A DNA stretch of 63,754 nucleotides, filler included, from Choristocarpus tenellus KU-1152 (Eukaryota; Protista; Phaeophyceae): NCBI GenBank assembly GCA_964200185.2. It is 13 parts of 13 records of this genome, joined end to end, with 100 filler letters (N's around TTAATTAATTAA, not from the genome) between each part and the next. Parts side by side here need not be neighbours in the genome. Positions count along the whole stretch, not along the records: positions 1 to 2,580 come from CAXNAD020026584.1; positions 2,681 to 7,330 come from CAXNAD020013639.1; positions 7,431 to 10,095 come from CAXNAD020025826.1; positions 10,196 to 17,685 come from CAXNAD020006076.1; 9 more parts are not named here. One strand, 5' to 3'. The position numbers were made by a program, and so were the translations under genes. Below are positions 1 through 11,678 of this stretch, piece after piece (the first letter of the stretch is position 1; each line of letters starts with the position of its first letter). Below the pieces are notes generated by a model that saw nothing but the letters and a program-made list of their open reading frames with translations, made no database searches and was not told where the DNA came from.

Positions 1-125
1 GAGTGGAGTACAGTGTGCTCCTTCGCTTTCTCGGGTGTTCTCTAACCCCCCCTTTTCTCTCCCCCCCCCCCCCCCCCCCCTGTTTTGGTTTTTAAAAATT
101 GCTCTTGGTGCCCATGTGAGTATAG

Positions 126-2515
126 CTCGTGGCAAAGCTGCAACAGGCGGACAGAGAGGGTAAACTCCCCCTGCTGGGGAGTGATGATGCATGCTGCAGG
201 ACGGTTCCTTTCAAACTTTCTGAAATGCTGCAGGGTGGTGGTGATGTAAATGGGAGAGGTGTCAAAAGCAGCAAAGGCGGTGACAAGACTTTGGGGGGAG
301 AATGTTCTGAAGCTATTGCAGCAGAGACAGAATCAGGGATGACGTGGAAGGAGGGGCAGATAGTCTGGGTTATGTGCAGTGAGTAGTTGCTGTATTTGTA
401 TTATTTTTGTGATTTTTTTATGTTCATTTTTTTTGTCCCATTGTGGAATGGTTTTTGCTTAAGGTTTCTTCAGGGAGGCATGTACTTGCAATATAAAATT
501 GTGGTCCCCTTACCCTTCCAACAGTTTTTCTCCTGCAGCTTTTTTCCTCCATATTTTTGCATTTTGAATACCACTTATCATTTGATCTTCCTCCATTCCC
601 TTGCCTCCCTCATTTCAAGAGGTGTTTCCCTATACCTAGCACCCTGCCCCAGAGCCAACTCTATCCCTAAGAAAAATAGCGTAGTTTTTAACCTTACCCA
701 TTGCCTCCCCCCCCTACTCTTTTGCATTCTGAATGCGCAAGACTTGAGCAACAGCATGAGTGGTTGGTGGCCTGGGCTGGTGTGTGCCAGAGGGGTAAAT
801 GGACTCAAAGAGTCTGTTCGTGTTGACTGCCTTGGGCCTATCAATGTGGGGGTTATGCTGCCCATACACGGTATGGACACTGTTGCTTGCAGGAGCAATA
901 ATAACACTAATGGTGGGCAACACTCAGTGTGGGAGGAGGGGAAGGGGGGGGAGCAGGGCACAGGAGGGCAGCGAGATAGACGACTCTTGCAAATGTTTCC
1001 TGGCGATGAGGAACGCTTGTGCATGATGCGGTCACTGGTCTCTCAAGGATTGGTGAGCCTGGGTATGATCAGGAGGGAGTAAGGGGGGCGTTCTATGGTG
1101 ACTACTATTTTTTTGTTAGGCTGACAGGTTGGGTGTTTGAGGAGAGGTTGTGGGTAGTTTGTGTGTACATGAGGTACTAACCCTTAAAAGGTGTTCGGAG
1201 GTAATCAGCAATGCTTTTTTTGGTGAAGTTGTCAAACAAGGAGTTCATTGTTGATATGAAGGTTTTTTGTAGTTGTTGATATCACGTAAAGAGTTTCAAA
1301 TGCAAAAATGCAGCAACCTTGTGCTATTTCTATTTCTCTCTCTGTCTCTCTCTCTCTCTCTCTCTGTGATGATTCTGGTGTTTTGGGGTGTGTATTGGAT
1401 CTTCTGAGTGAGAATTGTTTTGGTTTCTTCAATGCATAGCCAATGCTTCAATGCTGCAAGAATGAAGTGGCTCTGGTGAAATACCAGTCGGTGTCAGTGA
1501 AGCCACCTATAGATACAGAATATGGAGGTGAAATTTTCTGTTCCTTTTTGGATTGTTCCCCTCCTGATTCATATCGGAGTGGAAAGGGATTTATTGTCCT
1601 TGTGTGCTGAAGTGAAAGGTCATTCATCAGGTCAGACAGTTACCTGTCCAATGGTCTGGTCCAGGGTTGCAGAACATTATATGAACCAGACTGTAGATGT
1701 AACAGACTGCTGTTGATTGAGCCTCTCACAAAATATCGAAACAGATCGAACCTCAGGACAAACTGTTCACATTTTTCCTGCCCAATAAAAGGTTTTGATA
1801 AAGTTCATTGGGGTGGTGGGGGTTTCCTTGTGGTATGGTTGGCCTTGCAATGTGTCCTCCCCTTTTTTCTGTTTATCATCTCGAGTGTGGTTTCATTGTG
1901 ATTTGGTAGGCTTGTGTTTAAACAAATTCAGCAGGTGGTTTGAGAGTCATTCTTGGACTATAATTTCCCAACGTTTGCAGTTGCTCTGTGCCATGCAGAG
2001 ATGCAGACAGGGTGCCAATTTGATGGACACTGCTGATTAACTGTCTTTGCATCAGCTCACATGTACTGTGTAAAGAGAGCGGATTTGTATCTGTCACGTT
2101 AAACCGATGTTTTCCCTATGATACATACGAACAGTTAATTCTCCGTCTGTAAGTTTTTTTTTTTAGGGTAAAACCTTGCTTGCATACCAGCTGTCCAATG
2201 TTTGATTTAGCAGTAGCAATAGTAGGAATATTGTGATGTATCAGTTGGGGTGTTAGTATGAAAACCATACTGTGACAATCATGTACTTGTTTGTGTGCGC
2301 TTACATGTAGTTGTGTGAAAAGTTAACAAGTTTCGAAAACAAGTTATGCACCCCTATTCATTTGTATCTTGTGTTCCATGCAGGGAGATCCACCCAACCC
2401 GTTAGCACTGGCCTTGGCACAAGGTATTCTGGCATGTCTAAAATGCGGCTGGAGCAAGGAAAATGGCACCAATACTCTAAATGCTGATATCTGCTGTGAA
2501 GAGGAACAGGGACAG
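126..2515 (+). CDS. PWWP-like domain protein, partial (putative exons 126-378, 742-1052, 1440-1490, 2384-2515)
   Basis: Splicing GTGAGT(379) to AAG(741) gives WKEGQIVWVMCNLSNSMSGWWPGLVC...LLQMFPGD, resembling the PWWP pattern (GxxVW...WWPxxV...VxFxGD). Downstream exons are phase-compatible but less certain. Confidence 0.55.
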
Positions 2516-2580
2516 GTGACTGACCCCCTGTTCGCCCCGCGACCTCCCACTACACCCCGGCCCCCCCTCAGCTCAACGCC

Positions 2581-2680
2581 NNNNNNNNNNNNNNNNNNNN
2601 NNNNNNNNNNNNNNNNNNNNNNNNTTAATTAATTAANNNNNNNNNNNNNNNNNNNNNNNNNNNNNNNNNNNNNNNNNNNN
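2581..2680. other. Artificial 100-nt contig spacer (N44-TTAATTAATTAA-N44). Identical spacers at 7331, 10096, 17686, 30600, 37504, 40893, 46463, 49108, 51802, 55176 and 60609
   Basis: Twelve identical N-flanked linkers carrying stop codons in all six frames; an assembly artefact. Confidence 0.98.
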
Positions 2681-3765
2681 GTGTGGTACTTCTGAAGAAT
2701 CGGTCGGGTTTGACCTCATGCATGATGTCATCATATCCTTGAAGCAACTCTTACTGTCACACCCCAATCATAGTACTCCATATTATCGGTGATGACGTAT
2801 AGAATCGAACCATCATAATGTCTAGATATTTATCCCCTATTATTAATAGTTGTTGGACAGATATTTTGCGGTGTGACTTCTCACTCCATTCAACCAGCCA
2901 ATCAATCGATCGGCGAGTGAGTTTTGTTTTCTCTCTTCCAATCCACAATTGAGATGTGAATCTCTTGTTTCTTCTTTTCTACGTAACGTCTTTTTCATGA
3001 ATTTTGGTGAGAAGTACGCCACTTCATTGTCTTATTTATGGATTGGTTTCTGGCATCTCGTCTCCTCCTGTCGTACCTAACTCGAACCGTACCCAATCCC
3101 CTTCGACGCAGATAGCAACCCTTACCTCCCTCGTCGTCAGATAGATACGTACACAGTGGTCGGTCGCCAAGAGTCTATCTTACGTAATAGTGTGCCAAAG
3201 TAGGTTGACGTAGCGATTACGATCTCGAATGGGTTGTGCTGTCATTACGGCTTCCCATTGTGAAGGAAGCTGTACTTGTAAGGCGTGCACGATGCTGGTC
3301 GAGAAGATCGATTTCGTCCTAAACCTGGTCACAGCTCGATTTCTGCTCTATCGTCGAGTAACGTTGCCTCTCTTCTGCCACTACTACGTACTATCGGAGT
3401 ATTCTCTCTTAGCTCTCCCCCCTTCATCCACAAAAGGTTGCTCTGCATCCAACATAGGGAGGACCGCACCACAGCGAACGCTCTTACGGCGACGATATCG
3501 AGTTTCACGTGATTCCTTGGGAATCGAGGATAGTAAAAAACGCCCGCCAAGGCCCTGCTCTCTTTCGCCAAGATGTGGAGGTTGTTTCGTCCAAAGGAGC
3601 CGGAGAAGCAACGATCACGATTTCAGGCTTGACTTGACATCTTCTTCTTCGGCAAGAGGCGAGGAAATTCGAGTAACCTGGTGGTGCTATGACGGGAATG
3701 GTATCTCGTGATTACTGAAGAATCTTGCCAGCACGACTGATGATAAACCCTCCCCCTGCCCACAG

Positions 3766-5589
3766 GCCATCTGTCCAATCGACATCTTCAAGACTCCCTG
3801 AGAGTCTACGAGGAGTACGACCTCCACGGATGTTTTGCCCCGACTCGTCGGCCCTGCATCTGGAAGGAGGCGTCAAGGCTTCATCAAGGAGAAGAATTGG
3901 ATATCCTTCCCACCACAATCACCGGGGTCCTCGTCTGCTTGTGACAGTTGCGCAACTGTGGCGTCAAGTGGGTTCAAGATGGCGCTCAAGGTAGCACCTC
4001 GGCAACCCTCGTAGGCAGCATCAAACACATATGCCAAACGAACGGGTAGGACAGGTGGTCTAAACACCACCACAAAGTGACTTTGTGCGAATCCCCTGCT
4101 GCTGTGACTCTCTGACTCGGCAGAGATTGGTTCAAGCCTTTGGTAAGAACAGTTCAAATTTCAGTGGTCAAATTTAGAACTTAGGACTTAGAATTGGAAG
4201 AAATGGGGACCTCCAAGGACGAGATTCGTCCCTACTCTTGTTTCTGATTCTGCAGGCAATACCACGACTGCACTGCCTGCATTCCTCTACGGGGAGGCCC
4301 ATGGCTGTTGTGCTGCCAATGGTGCAGCCCTTGAGGCCACACCGCAATACACTTGGTTTTATACCTCGTGGAATACATACATGAAGTACTTTGAAGTAAG
4401 TTCTTTTCCTGTAATACACAAGCATTCCTTCCTCCACCTACATGTTTGCCCCCTTATCAGCACCAGATTGAGATGGCAACGACTACATATTCTGAGCTGG
4501 AGTCAAGGGTGTGGGGGCAGCTTGCCCTTGCACAAGACGTACCATTGACAAGAACAGCATCCTCTCGATTCCCTTTTCTGCCACTCCGGCCACTAAACAC
4601 CACGATTGAGGTGTGCAAGATCAGGACTTGACCCTGTATTTTATACATGCATGATGTCTTTCTCTGCATTTCAAGCAACTATGTACACCTTGTCGTTGCC
4701 TCCTCTGACAAAATATACTCCATGACAAGAGTGTGGTCTGCACTTTTTCTTTTACGTTCATTTCTTGTTCTTTCACACTTGCCATCTGTAGCTCTATGTC
4801 CCACTCACTCCGTTTCCAGCGCCAGGCAGACGCAATGAGAGAAGACTTGGAGCTTGAGGCTCGAGCGTGGGGGGAGCTGGCCCTGGCATATGCGTCAGTG
4901 CCAACAACGACATATTGGCTGCAAGTGTCTAGACCTGCCTGCGTCCTGGACACTACCATCACGCCTTTCCAGCACAGGACCCGCTGTGCTAAGCAAGAAC
5001 TACCTCTCAAAGAGGTCAAAGATGTCAAAAAGCGACGTACGTGGACAGTTTGTGGTGCGATGAGCCCTGCCCAAGGTGAGTCTGAGTCTTCCTCCCTCCT
5101 CCTTCACCCGGCACCACAAAAAATGCAACATATACCTATCTCTCCACCAACCTCACCTGTGTCAGAGACAGGCGGTGCTGCAGCATCATTGCAGAGACAG
5201 GGCAATGAAGTTGTCATCTCGCCACCCGCATCACCAGTGGTGAGGAGAGAGGTGATGCTGCTGCACCACGATGGCATAGGGTGTTTGCAGTGCTACGGAC
5301 ATCAGCGTTACCCAGTCATAGGGTGTTCATCTCACCACCAACATCACCAGAGCTGGAAAGGGGTGGTGGTGAAGCGTCATCACAAAGGGGCAGAGTGTTC
5401 AACTCGCCACCCACATCACCAGTGGCAGACAGAGGCGGTGCTGCTGCACCACGACAGTGCAGGGCATTCACAGTACCAAGGGCATTGGCATCAAATAGGC
5501 ACCACATGGTGTTCATCTCATCACCATCATCACCAGACTCGGAGAGAGGAGGTGGCGTATCATGTGGAGGAGGGTTGCAAGGTCGTTAG
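3766..5589 (+). pseudogene. Spliced gene of unknown function, probably decayed (exons 3766-3990, 4256-4395, 4461/4467-4610, 4820-~5589)
   Basis: Phase-consistent GT-AG junctions (G|GC phase 1, then two phase 0). In-frame TGA at 3942-3944 and an apparent frameshift near 5250 inside a peptide repeat. Motif ELExRxWGxLALA occurs twice. Confidence 0.5.
5138..5560 (+). repeat. Five degenerate coding repeats, consensus about VFISPPTSPxxERGG
   Basis: ATCTC(N)CCACC(N)ACATCACCAG-like units near 5138, 5216, 5329, 5400 and 5515, seen in the overlapping ORFs 4733..5692 and 5281..5589. Confidence 0.75.
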
Positions 5590-6315
5590 AACATACTTGT
5601 ACATAGGGTCATTGGACAGGACGGCAATTGCAACCTGGGCGACTGTTAATTGTGACAGGCGTCTCAGATTAGCCGAAAAACATATTGCCTGATGGCCGCT
5701 GTGTGAGACTGCAGCGCAAGAGGGGATGCCTGGCAATGAGCCAGTGGGTGATGCCAAGAGGAACGAGTGTCTTTGGGGTGCAGATGGGCTATGGTCAACC
5801 CAGTGTTACGACAGAGGAGCTGGTATACTTTCTCTCCTTGAGGCAGTTGACTGCCAGAGGAGGAACACCTCAGCGGGTATTCTAATCCTTTGCTGGTCAC
5901 GTCCAATAACAGCCTTCTTCGCATCCTTCGTATTGACCACAGTCATGGGTGATGAACGGTCACACAGGATCCCGGAATCATCTGTACAAACATGTGTTTT
6001 TTGCGTATGTTTGTTGGTGCAATGGTGCTATTTGCTGTTCATATCCGTGGTGGCCTGCAGGCCTTACAGGTAATGTTGGGTGAGCTGACGCGCAGTGGTG
6101 GTAGCATTTCCAGTCTCAATCATGCATGCATTTCTTTTTGATGATGGAGAGCAAGGCGAGATATACAGTGTTGCTGTTTTGAGTGCATTACGATCCTCTC
6201 ACCATGTAAACAGTACTCTGTTGGACATTGTTACCACAATTTCTCTTGTTGTAGTTGGTGGCTCACGAAACGTCATCCCTATCACGTTTTACTGTTACTG
6301 TCACACTCCTGCCTG

Positions 6316-6341
6316 TGATCCACCATATGGATGGTGGATCA
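6316..6341. other. Perfect 11-bp hairpin TGATCCACCAT-atgg-ATGGTGGATCA between two convergent gene models
   Basis: Direct inverted repeat; AATAAA at 6352. Confidence 0.6.
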
Positions 6342-6429
6342 TTGTACTGTGAATAAACCAACTCAAAAAGTGCAGTGTGTGGATGTGAGATAATCAACAT
6401 AGGATGTATTTATTCTGTAGTAATAGGAA

Positions 6430-6885
6430 TCAGAAGAAGAAAGCCTCTCTCATGGTGTTCACTCCAACAATAAAGAGCTGCTTAAAATACCTGCAACATG
6501 CCTAGCGGAAATAAAACCTTCAAGTCTTTAAACTTGATTGTTCATCAGGAACACACCATACATACCTACATATATGCTTGTCAGTCTTTTGGAGCTATCT
6601 CCATGACCATCAACACAAAAAAAATCCTCGAAGTATCCAGAACCAGAAAACAAAGTACCTCACACATTCTCACATGTGAATCTCCCCTGCCTTGCTCAAC
6701 ATTGAACTGTAGGAACATGGGAGTATTTCAACACAGGTGAGGGCAAAATCTCCCTGCTTAGCCTTCACATTGTGAATTACTGCCCCTTCCGATTGGTCAA
6801 GGAGACTTGCGACCAGTGCTTCCTCCATGACTAGCATCTTTTGCTCCTCTGGATTAGAAGTAATTCTCACAACAGGGGCATAGAT
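6430..6885 (-). CDS. 3' exons of a hypothetical protein (6885-6674, 6490-6430)
   Basis: Phase-2 junction AT|G joins IYAPVVRITSNPEEQKML...GEIH to MYFKQLFIVGVNTMREAFFF*; canonical GT-AG. Confidence 0.45.
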
Positions 6886-8153
6886 CTAGGACAGTCTGCA
6901 CCATGTACAGTATGAAAAAACATCGAATTCCTCCACAGCATTAGAACATATGAAATTTTTATGTAGAGAATCTATTACTGGTGAGACAGGGCCTTGTGTG
7001 CTCCTCGCCTTTCCACCACAGCACATTTCACTAACAACAACCAAAGGTGCATACAACCAACCACAGTCTAACTACTTGCACCACCCATTAGCACAGAACT
7101 CACACAAACATCCCTTATACCAAGGGATAAACACTGCTTCACGCAGAGACCTGTCTGGCGTTCTCATTCCCTCAACCCCCCCCCCTCAAAGTACTTAATA
7201 CCAATGTAGGCAATCCGACATGTCTCACAGACTAGCAAGCCCATTCATACATCCCCCCCCCCCCCCTCCGGCCGCCCCGTTCCATCCCCGCCGCATCGCG
7301 GTGGTCATTGCCGCCCCCCAGCCCACCCTCNNNNNNNNNNNNNNNNNNNNNNNNNNNNNNNNNNNNNNNNNNNNTTAATTAATTAANNNNNNNNNNNNNN
7401 NNNNNNNNNNNNNNNNNNNNNNNNNNNNNNAACCAGTCAGCCCCCCCCCCAAATTGTACCCAATCTCCATTGTGCACACATGAGTACGCAAACAAAGAGC
7501 ATGCGCATGAAAAGAAAACGTTGTGCCGTGCTTCGCAACACCAAAAGAGTTCAGCCAAATATTGAGGAGGGAGACAAAAATTGGAAGCTAACCTTCACAT
7601 TTCGGCAAGATCATACTAGAATCCACAGAGTGATGACAGTTGCAGATGTTCTGGTCTGAGGTTTCTTAATGGGCTAGGTCCCATCACATGGATGTGCGGT
7701 GGACACCGGATCGAGCTCTTGGGCACATCCTTACCCAAGGCGAACACATTTCATTTGTTAAACTGGCTTCCAGTCACATAATGAGAACGGAGTGTTTTCA
7801 TAAGAGCAGAACTATCAAGAATTTTATCATGATCAAGTTAAACAGTAATATTTACTCACTCTGCGGAATGATCATTGCAGAGTGATCAACCCTACTACCC
7901 AACGTGTGAGTCAACACATTCTCCAGGGAAATTTGGTCTATGTACAAGGGGAATTGGTGGGGTAATCGTTGACCACAAACCATACTTCAGTTACGACCTT
8001 AATGGTAACTCTGTCCAATTGAATGCATGAAAATCGATCATCTACCACCATGATATCCCAGCTCTTTTGAGACTGGTTACTGTGACTAAAGAACTCTTTA
8101 TTGTCCACGAGTGGATGGAGTCGGGATGGTAGTAGTCATACTAACTTCCTCAC

Positions 8154-8753
8154 TCCAGCTTCGGTCCACCCAATGGATGCTTCTCCAGATTGATCGACCT
8201 GTTTATCAGCAAGGAAAATTAAGTTGAGTGTTACCAGCAGGGCAGCCTCAAAATAAATCGTAGGAGGCAGGATCCGATAACTGACGGGCAAACATACGAA
8301 CTAGTGTTGCTGTTAGAAGAGCTTGTGTACCTGGTGCATTGTCAGTGCGGCTTACCTTACGCTAATATATGCTACATTAGGTACACACAATTTCCATACA
8401 ATTTTCACTGTAGAGCACACTCGATTTGGAAATTTAGGATTAAAACCGCTTCGAAACGGGGATACTTTCACAGACACCCTCTACCACATCACTTAGGGAG
8501 GTTCTCAAAATGACAAACGCAACATGAAGCTCTGTGTCTGCAAATACTCTCACCAGTTTAGGTTCTCTTTGTTCAGAGATGTATATTGCATAAGCTGTTC
8601 CAGCCCTTTCATTGCAGTTTGTTGCTGAATGTCGACCTTGGAAGGGTCAGTCTCGGTGGCATTCTTGCGAAACTGGACAGGTGTAGAGGGGTGCGCAAAG
8701 CATATGGAGGCAAATGTGTAGATGCAGAAATAAGAAAATATTTTCAGTCCCAT
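8154..8753 (-). CDS. Hypothetical secreted protein, 5' exons (8753-8554, 8198-8154)
   Basis: ATG followed by signal-peptide-like MGLKIFSYFCIYTFASICFAHPS. Phase-2 donor TG|GTGAGA matches the next exon; later exons are unresolved. Confidence 0.35.
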
Positions 8754-9217
8754 TACATCAACTCAACGGCACGCGGTAACTAAACGGTAGAGTGAAGGCT
8801 TTAAGAAAACTCCGCGGCAATTTCAACTTGAGTTGTCGCGGTCTCATCATATTGAAAGTTAGGCTACAGAGGGGAGACTGTGTCTCACCTCTTTCCGGAT
8901 CTCGACAAGAATGCGATCTCGGTTACTGCTGGGATATACTTTAGCATTGCGGATGATCCTCCTATACAGAGCTAGCATCTGCGCCTTCTTTGACATTGTC
9001 CCTCCTTCCACGTTAACATCGTGGTGTTTGGGTTAGATTATGTTGCATTATTGGCAAGGTTTTGATAAGCTTCGGAGGGAGTGAACAACGAAAACGCCTT
9101 TATATGTTAGCATGAAACTGCTAATTTATAGTTGTGTCATTATTTCCAAAAAAGGCTCTGTGAACCATCTATCTCTAGTTTTATTCAAACAGGATATCTG
9201 CCAAGCCTCTGTGAGTG

Positions 9218-9858
9218 ATGGCATTAAAGCTGCACAAGATATCTTCCACTCTGTTGGGGGGATGGATTAACCCAATCTCGCGATCTATTCTCCTTGTACC
9301 TCTTCTCATTGTGATAAATCTGAAAATGATGTGCCAACGAAGGGTTGGCGCAATTGAGGGCAACTACTACGATGTGCTGGGTGTGAGAGAGCGTGCTAGC
9401 CAGACTGAAATTAAAAAAAAATACCACAGTCTTGCAATGCTCATGCACCCAGATAAGCTTGGACCCTTCGAGGATGCGGAGGATGAGCAAAGGGCCACGG
9501 ATGCGTTCATCGAGGTTGGTTGGCGAGAGGATATCCCAAGGGATTGATGAAATAAAGTGCCGCTGCCCCATGAAGATGTGAGGCCCCGCTGGACCAAAAG
9601 TGCATTTTATCTAACACAGACACATAAATAATAGTGCAGACTGATCGCAGTGGTCTAGAGTTAGCAGGTGTGAAATCTTACTAGGATCTCTTTTTTCTAC
9701 TCAGTTTGACTCGTCAAAGTGTGTTGTGCTGGCTAAGTCGAGGAAGTGATGCACCTTCTGTAAAAATATGTTTTTCTATCTCACGGCAGATTGCAAGTGC
9801 CTATGAGACACTGGGGAATCCGGTGCTGAGAGAGAAGTACGACCTGAACGGCATGAAG
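9218..9858 (+). CDS. DnaJ/Hsp40 J-domain protein with hydrophobic N-terminus, 5' partial (exons 9218-9514, 9790-9858)
   Basis: NYYDVLGV...[17 protein letters not shown]...AFIE|[18 protein letters not shown]: a complete J domain with the HPD motif. Confidence 0.9.
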
Positions 9859-9941
9859 GTCAGCCTGATCCAGACAACATACCGTGTAAAAACCACAGGT
9901 CATCTATTCACTCGTCTTCAAGCGGATAGATTGTTGTAATA

Positions 9942-10095
9942 GACCCAAAGTATCTGGGGGGGGCGGATCTCCATCAGGGTGTCCATTTGGCCCAAAATCA
10001 GGAAAAGTGCATTTACATTATCCATCCGACGTATGCAACCAAATCACCCAAAAATCGTGACATCAAAAAATTGACCCCAAATGGACAGCCGTCAC
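9942..10095 (+). mobile_element. MITE-like repeat family B (terminus GACCCAAAGTATCTGGGG), truncated by a gap
   Basis: Homologous to 29667-29826 (reverse), 55345-55505 (reverse) and 49051-49107; inner inverted GTCCATTTG/CAAATGGAC. Confidence 0.7.
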
Positions 10096-10580
10096 NNNNN
10101 NNNNNNNNNNNNNNNNNNNNNNNNNNNNNNNNNNNNNNNTTAATTAATTAANNNNNNNNNNNNNNNNNNNNNNNNNNNNNNNNNNNNNNNNNNNNCCTGA
10201 CAGTACGGGGTGGTTGTGTCACTACTGACAGTGCTGCATCAAAATAGTATCAACTTCCATCACATGCACGAAGAATGCGAACTCATTTTTTTTCTTTAAA
10301 ATAAAACAACAAAGTGTCTCTTGTCAACTTAAAAATCACTACCTTACCCACATGAAAAAAAAAAAAAAAAGAGATTCCAAAACCAATGCTCCCTTCCTTA
10401 CTCCTACTCTAGAATGTGGAAGGACACCTTGTAGCCATTGTTGCCATGACCATCACCGCCCCATAATAACCCCGATTCGCCCAAGCACCACAAACATTTT
10501 TCTGGTTCTCAACAAAAACCACAGCGCAACCAAGCCTATCCATCATCACATCTTCTTTCCATTCAACTACCCCTATTCCT

Positions 10581-10620
10581 CACAAACACACACACACACA
10601 CACACAAACACACGTGTGTA

Positions 10621-10652
<32 letters not shown>
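10581..10652. repeat. (CA)n followed by (TG)n microsatellite forming a long imperfect palindrome centred on CACGTG
   Basis: Directly visible; a second (CA)n tract lies at ~10823-10857. Confidence 0.85.
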
Positions 10653-10654
<2 letters not shown>

Positions 10655-10819
10655 TACTAGTGTTGTGAATATGAGCCTTAGATTCAATTAAAATCGGAAT
10701 GTGAACCGAAGACGAAAATTGAAGCGTGATTTCGATCGGATATATATTTTTTATTATCACTCCACTGCACACACACGTTCTCCCCACGGAGCTCTGCCTT
10801 TTTTATGTATCTTTTGTTG

Positions 10820-10862
<43 letters not shown>

Positions 10863-11088
10863 TTGCTTCAAACGCATATGATTTATACTTGTATATATGT
10901 CCTACAAAGTATATAATTCCACTTCCATAAATCACTGCCACCACAGCCCGTAACATTAACCAGATACTACACATATTTACAGTGAACCCAGTCAAGGAAC
11001 ATCCATTAGCATGCTTTTCACAAGTCACTTCTGACTCGGTGCAGTGTATTGCCACAACAAAAAACCCTGCCCACAACACTAACATAAG

Positions 11089-11281
11089 CACTCCATAGAA
11101 GTAATGTATACTCCAGGGCACTGATGTATGCCCCAGAGTAACCATTATCTGCCCCAGAGTATCGGTTTGTACTCGAGAGCAGCAGTGCATACTCCAGAGT
11201 ACCATTGACTGCTCCAGGGCACTAAAATGCACTCCGGAACACTGTTATGTGCTCCGGAGCACCAAGGTATGCTCGATGCAT
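11089..11281. repeat. Array of ~10 units with 20-bp period: conserved quasi-palindromic core TRCTCNNGAGYA plus variable linker
   Basis: Cores start at 11091, 11111, 11131, 11152, 11172, 11192, 11212, 11232, 11252 and 11272. Confidence 0.8.
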
Positions 11282-11383
11282 ACACAAAGCATCACTCATC
11301 TTTCGGCCCGCTTACTGAATGCTTAACTGCTGCAGCGACCTGGCGATGCCTATCATATCATCGCCTTTCAGACACGAGAGATT

Positions 11384-11598
11384 GGGTTAGGGTTAAACCT
11401 AACCCCAACCCTAACCCTAACCATAGACCGACGAGATCTGAATCTGGAAAGGTTAAATTAGGGAATGCACCACGGTATGAGCTGCAGTGTTGAAAAAAAA
11501 TTGTATACTACGCCTCATCCCACCATTACGCATAACAGTAGTCACTTAGCCTAACCCTAACCCTAACCCTTAACCCCTACACCCCAACCCCTAAACCC
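11384..11598. repeat. Interstitial telomere-like TTAGGG/CCCTAA tracts (11384-11422, 11550-11598)
   Basis: GGGTTAGGGTT directly followed by degenerate (CCCTAA)n, then a second (CCCTAA)n tract. Confidence 0.8.
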
Positions 11599-11678
11599 AA
11601 CTCGACTGGGGAGAATACACACCCCACCACCATCACATGCACAAGACAATAAAAAGACAGGCCCCAAAATCCAGTCAC

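Noticed and set aside
2625-2636. Recurrent TTAATTAATTAA as a biological motif, and gene clustering across gaps
   Set aside because: Always centred in identical N-padded 100-nt spacers; an assembly linker, so contig order carries no demonstrated meaning.
3942-3944. In-frame TGA as selenocysteine
   Set aside because: No redox motif or recognisable SECIS, and the same gene has a frameshift, so decay is simpler.
4174-4437. Minus-strand ORF resembling a gypsy integrase N-terminus (HVCIPRGIKPSVLR)
   Set aside because: No HHCC or DDE motifs; better explained as the antisense of a phase-consistent plus-strand exon (4256-4395).
6095-6352. DNA amino-methyltransferase motifs (DPPYG at ~6317, FAG at ~5890)
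   Set aside because: DPPYG coincides with one arm and loop of a DNA hairpin and lacks the preceding hydrophobic strand. The FAG segment is flanked by stops and not in a joinable frame.
10684-11232. Long ORFs such as 10684..11232, 23795..24343 and 62406..62792
   Set aside because: They span microsatellites or repeats, or are antisense to real exons, and have no protein-like motifs.
11089-11281. CRISPR array
   Set aside because: Repeat (12 nt) and spacer (8 nt) are far too short, the repeats are degenerate, the context is eukaryotic and no cas genes are present.
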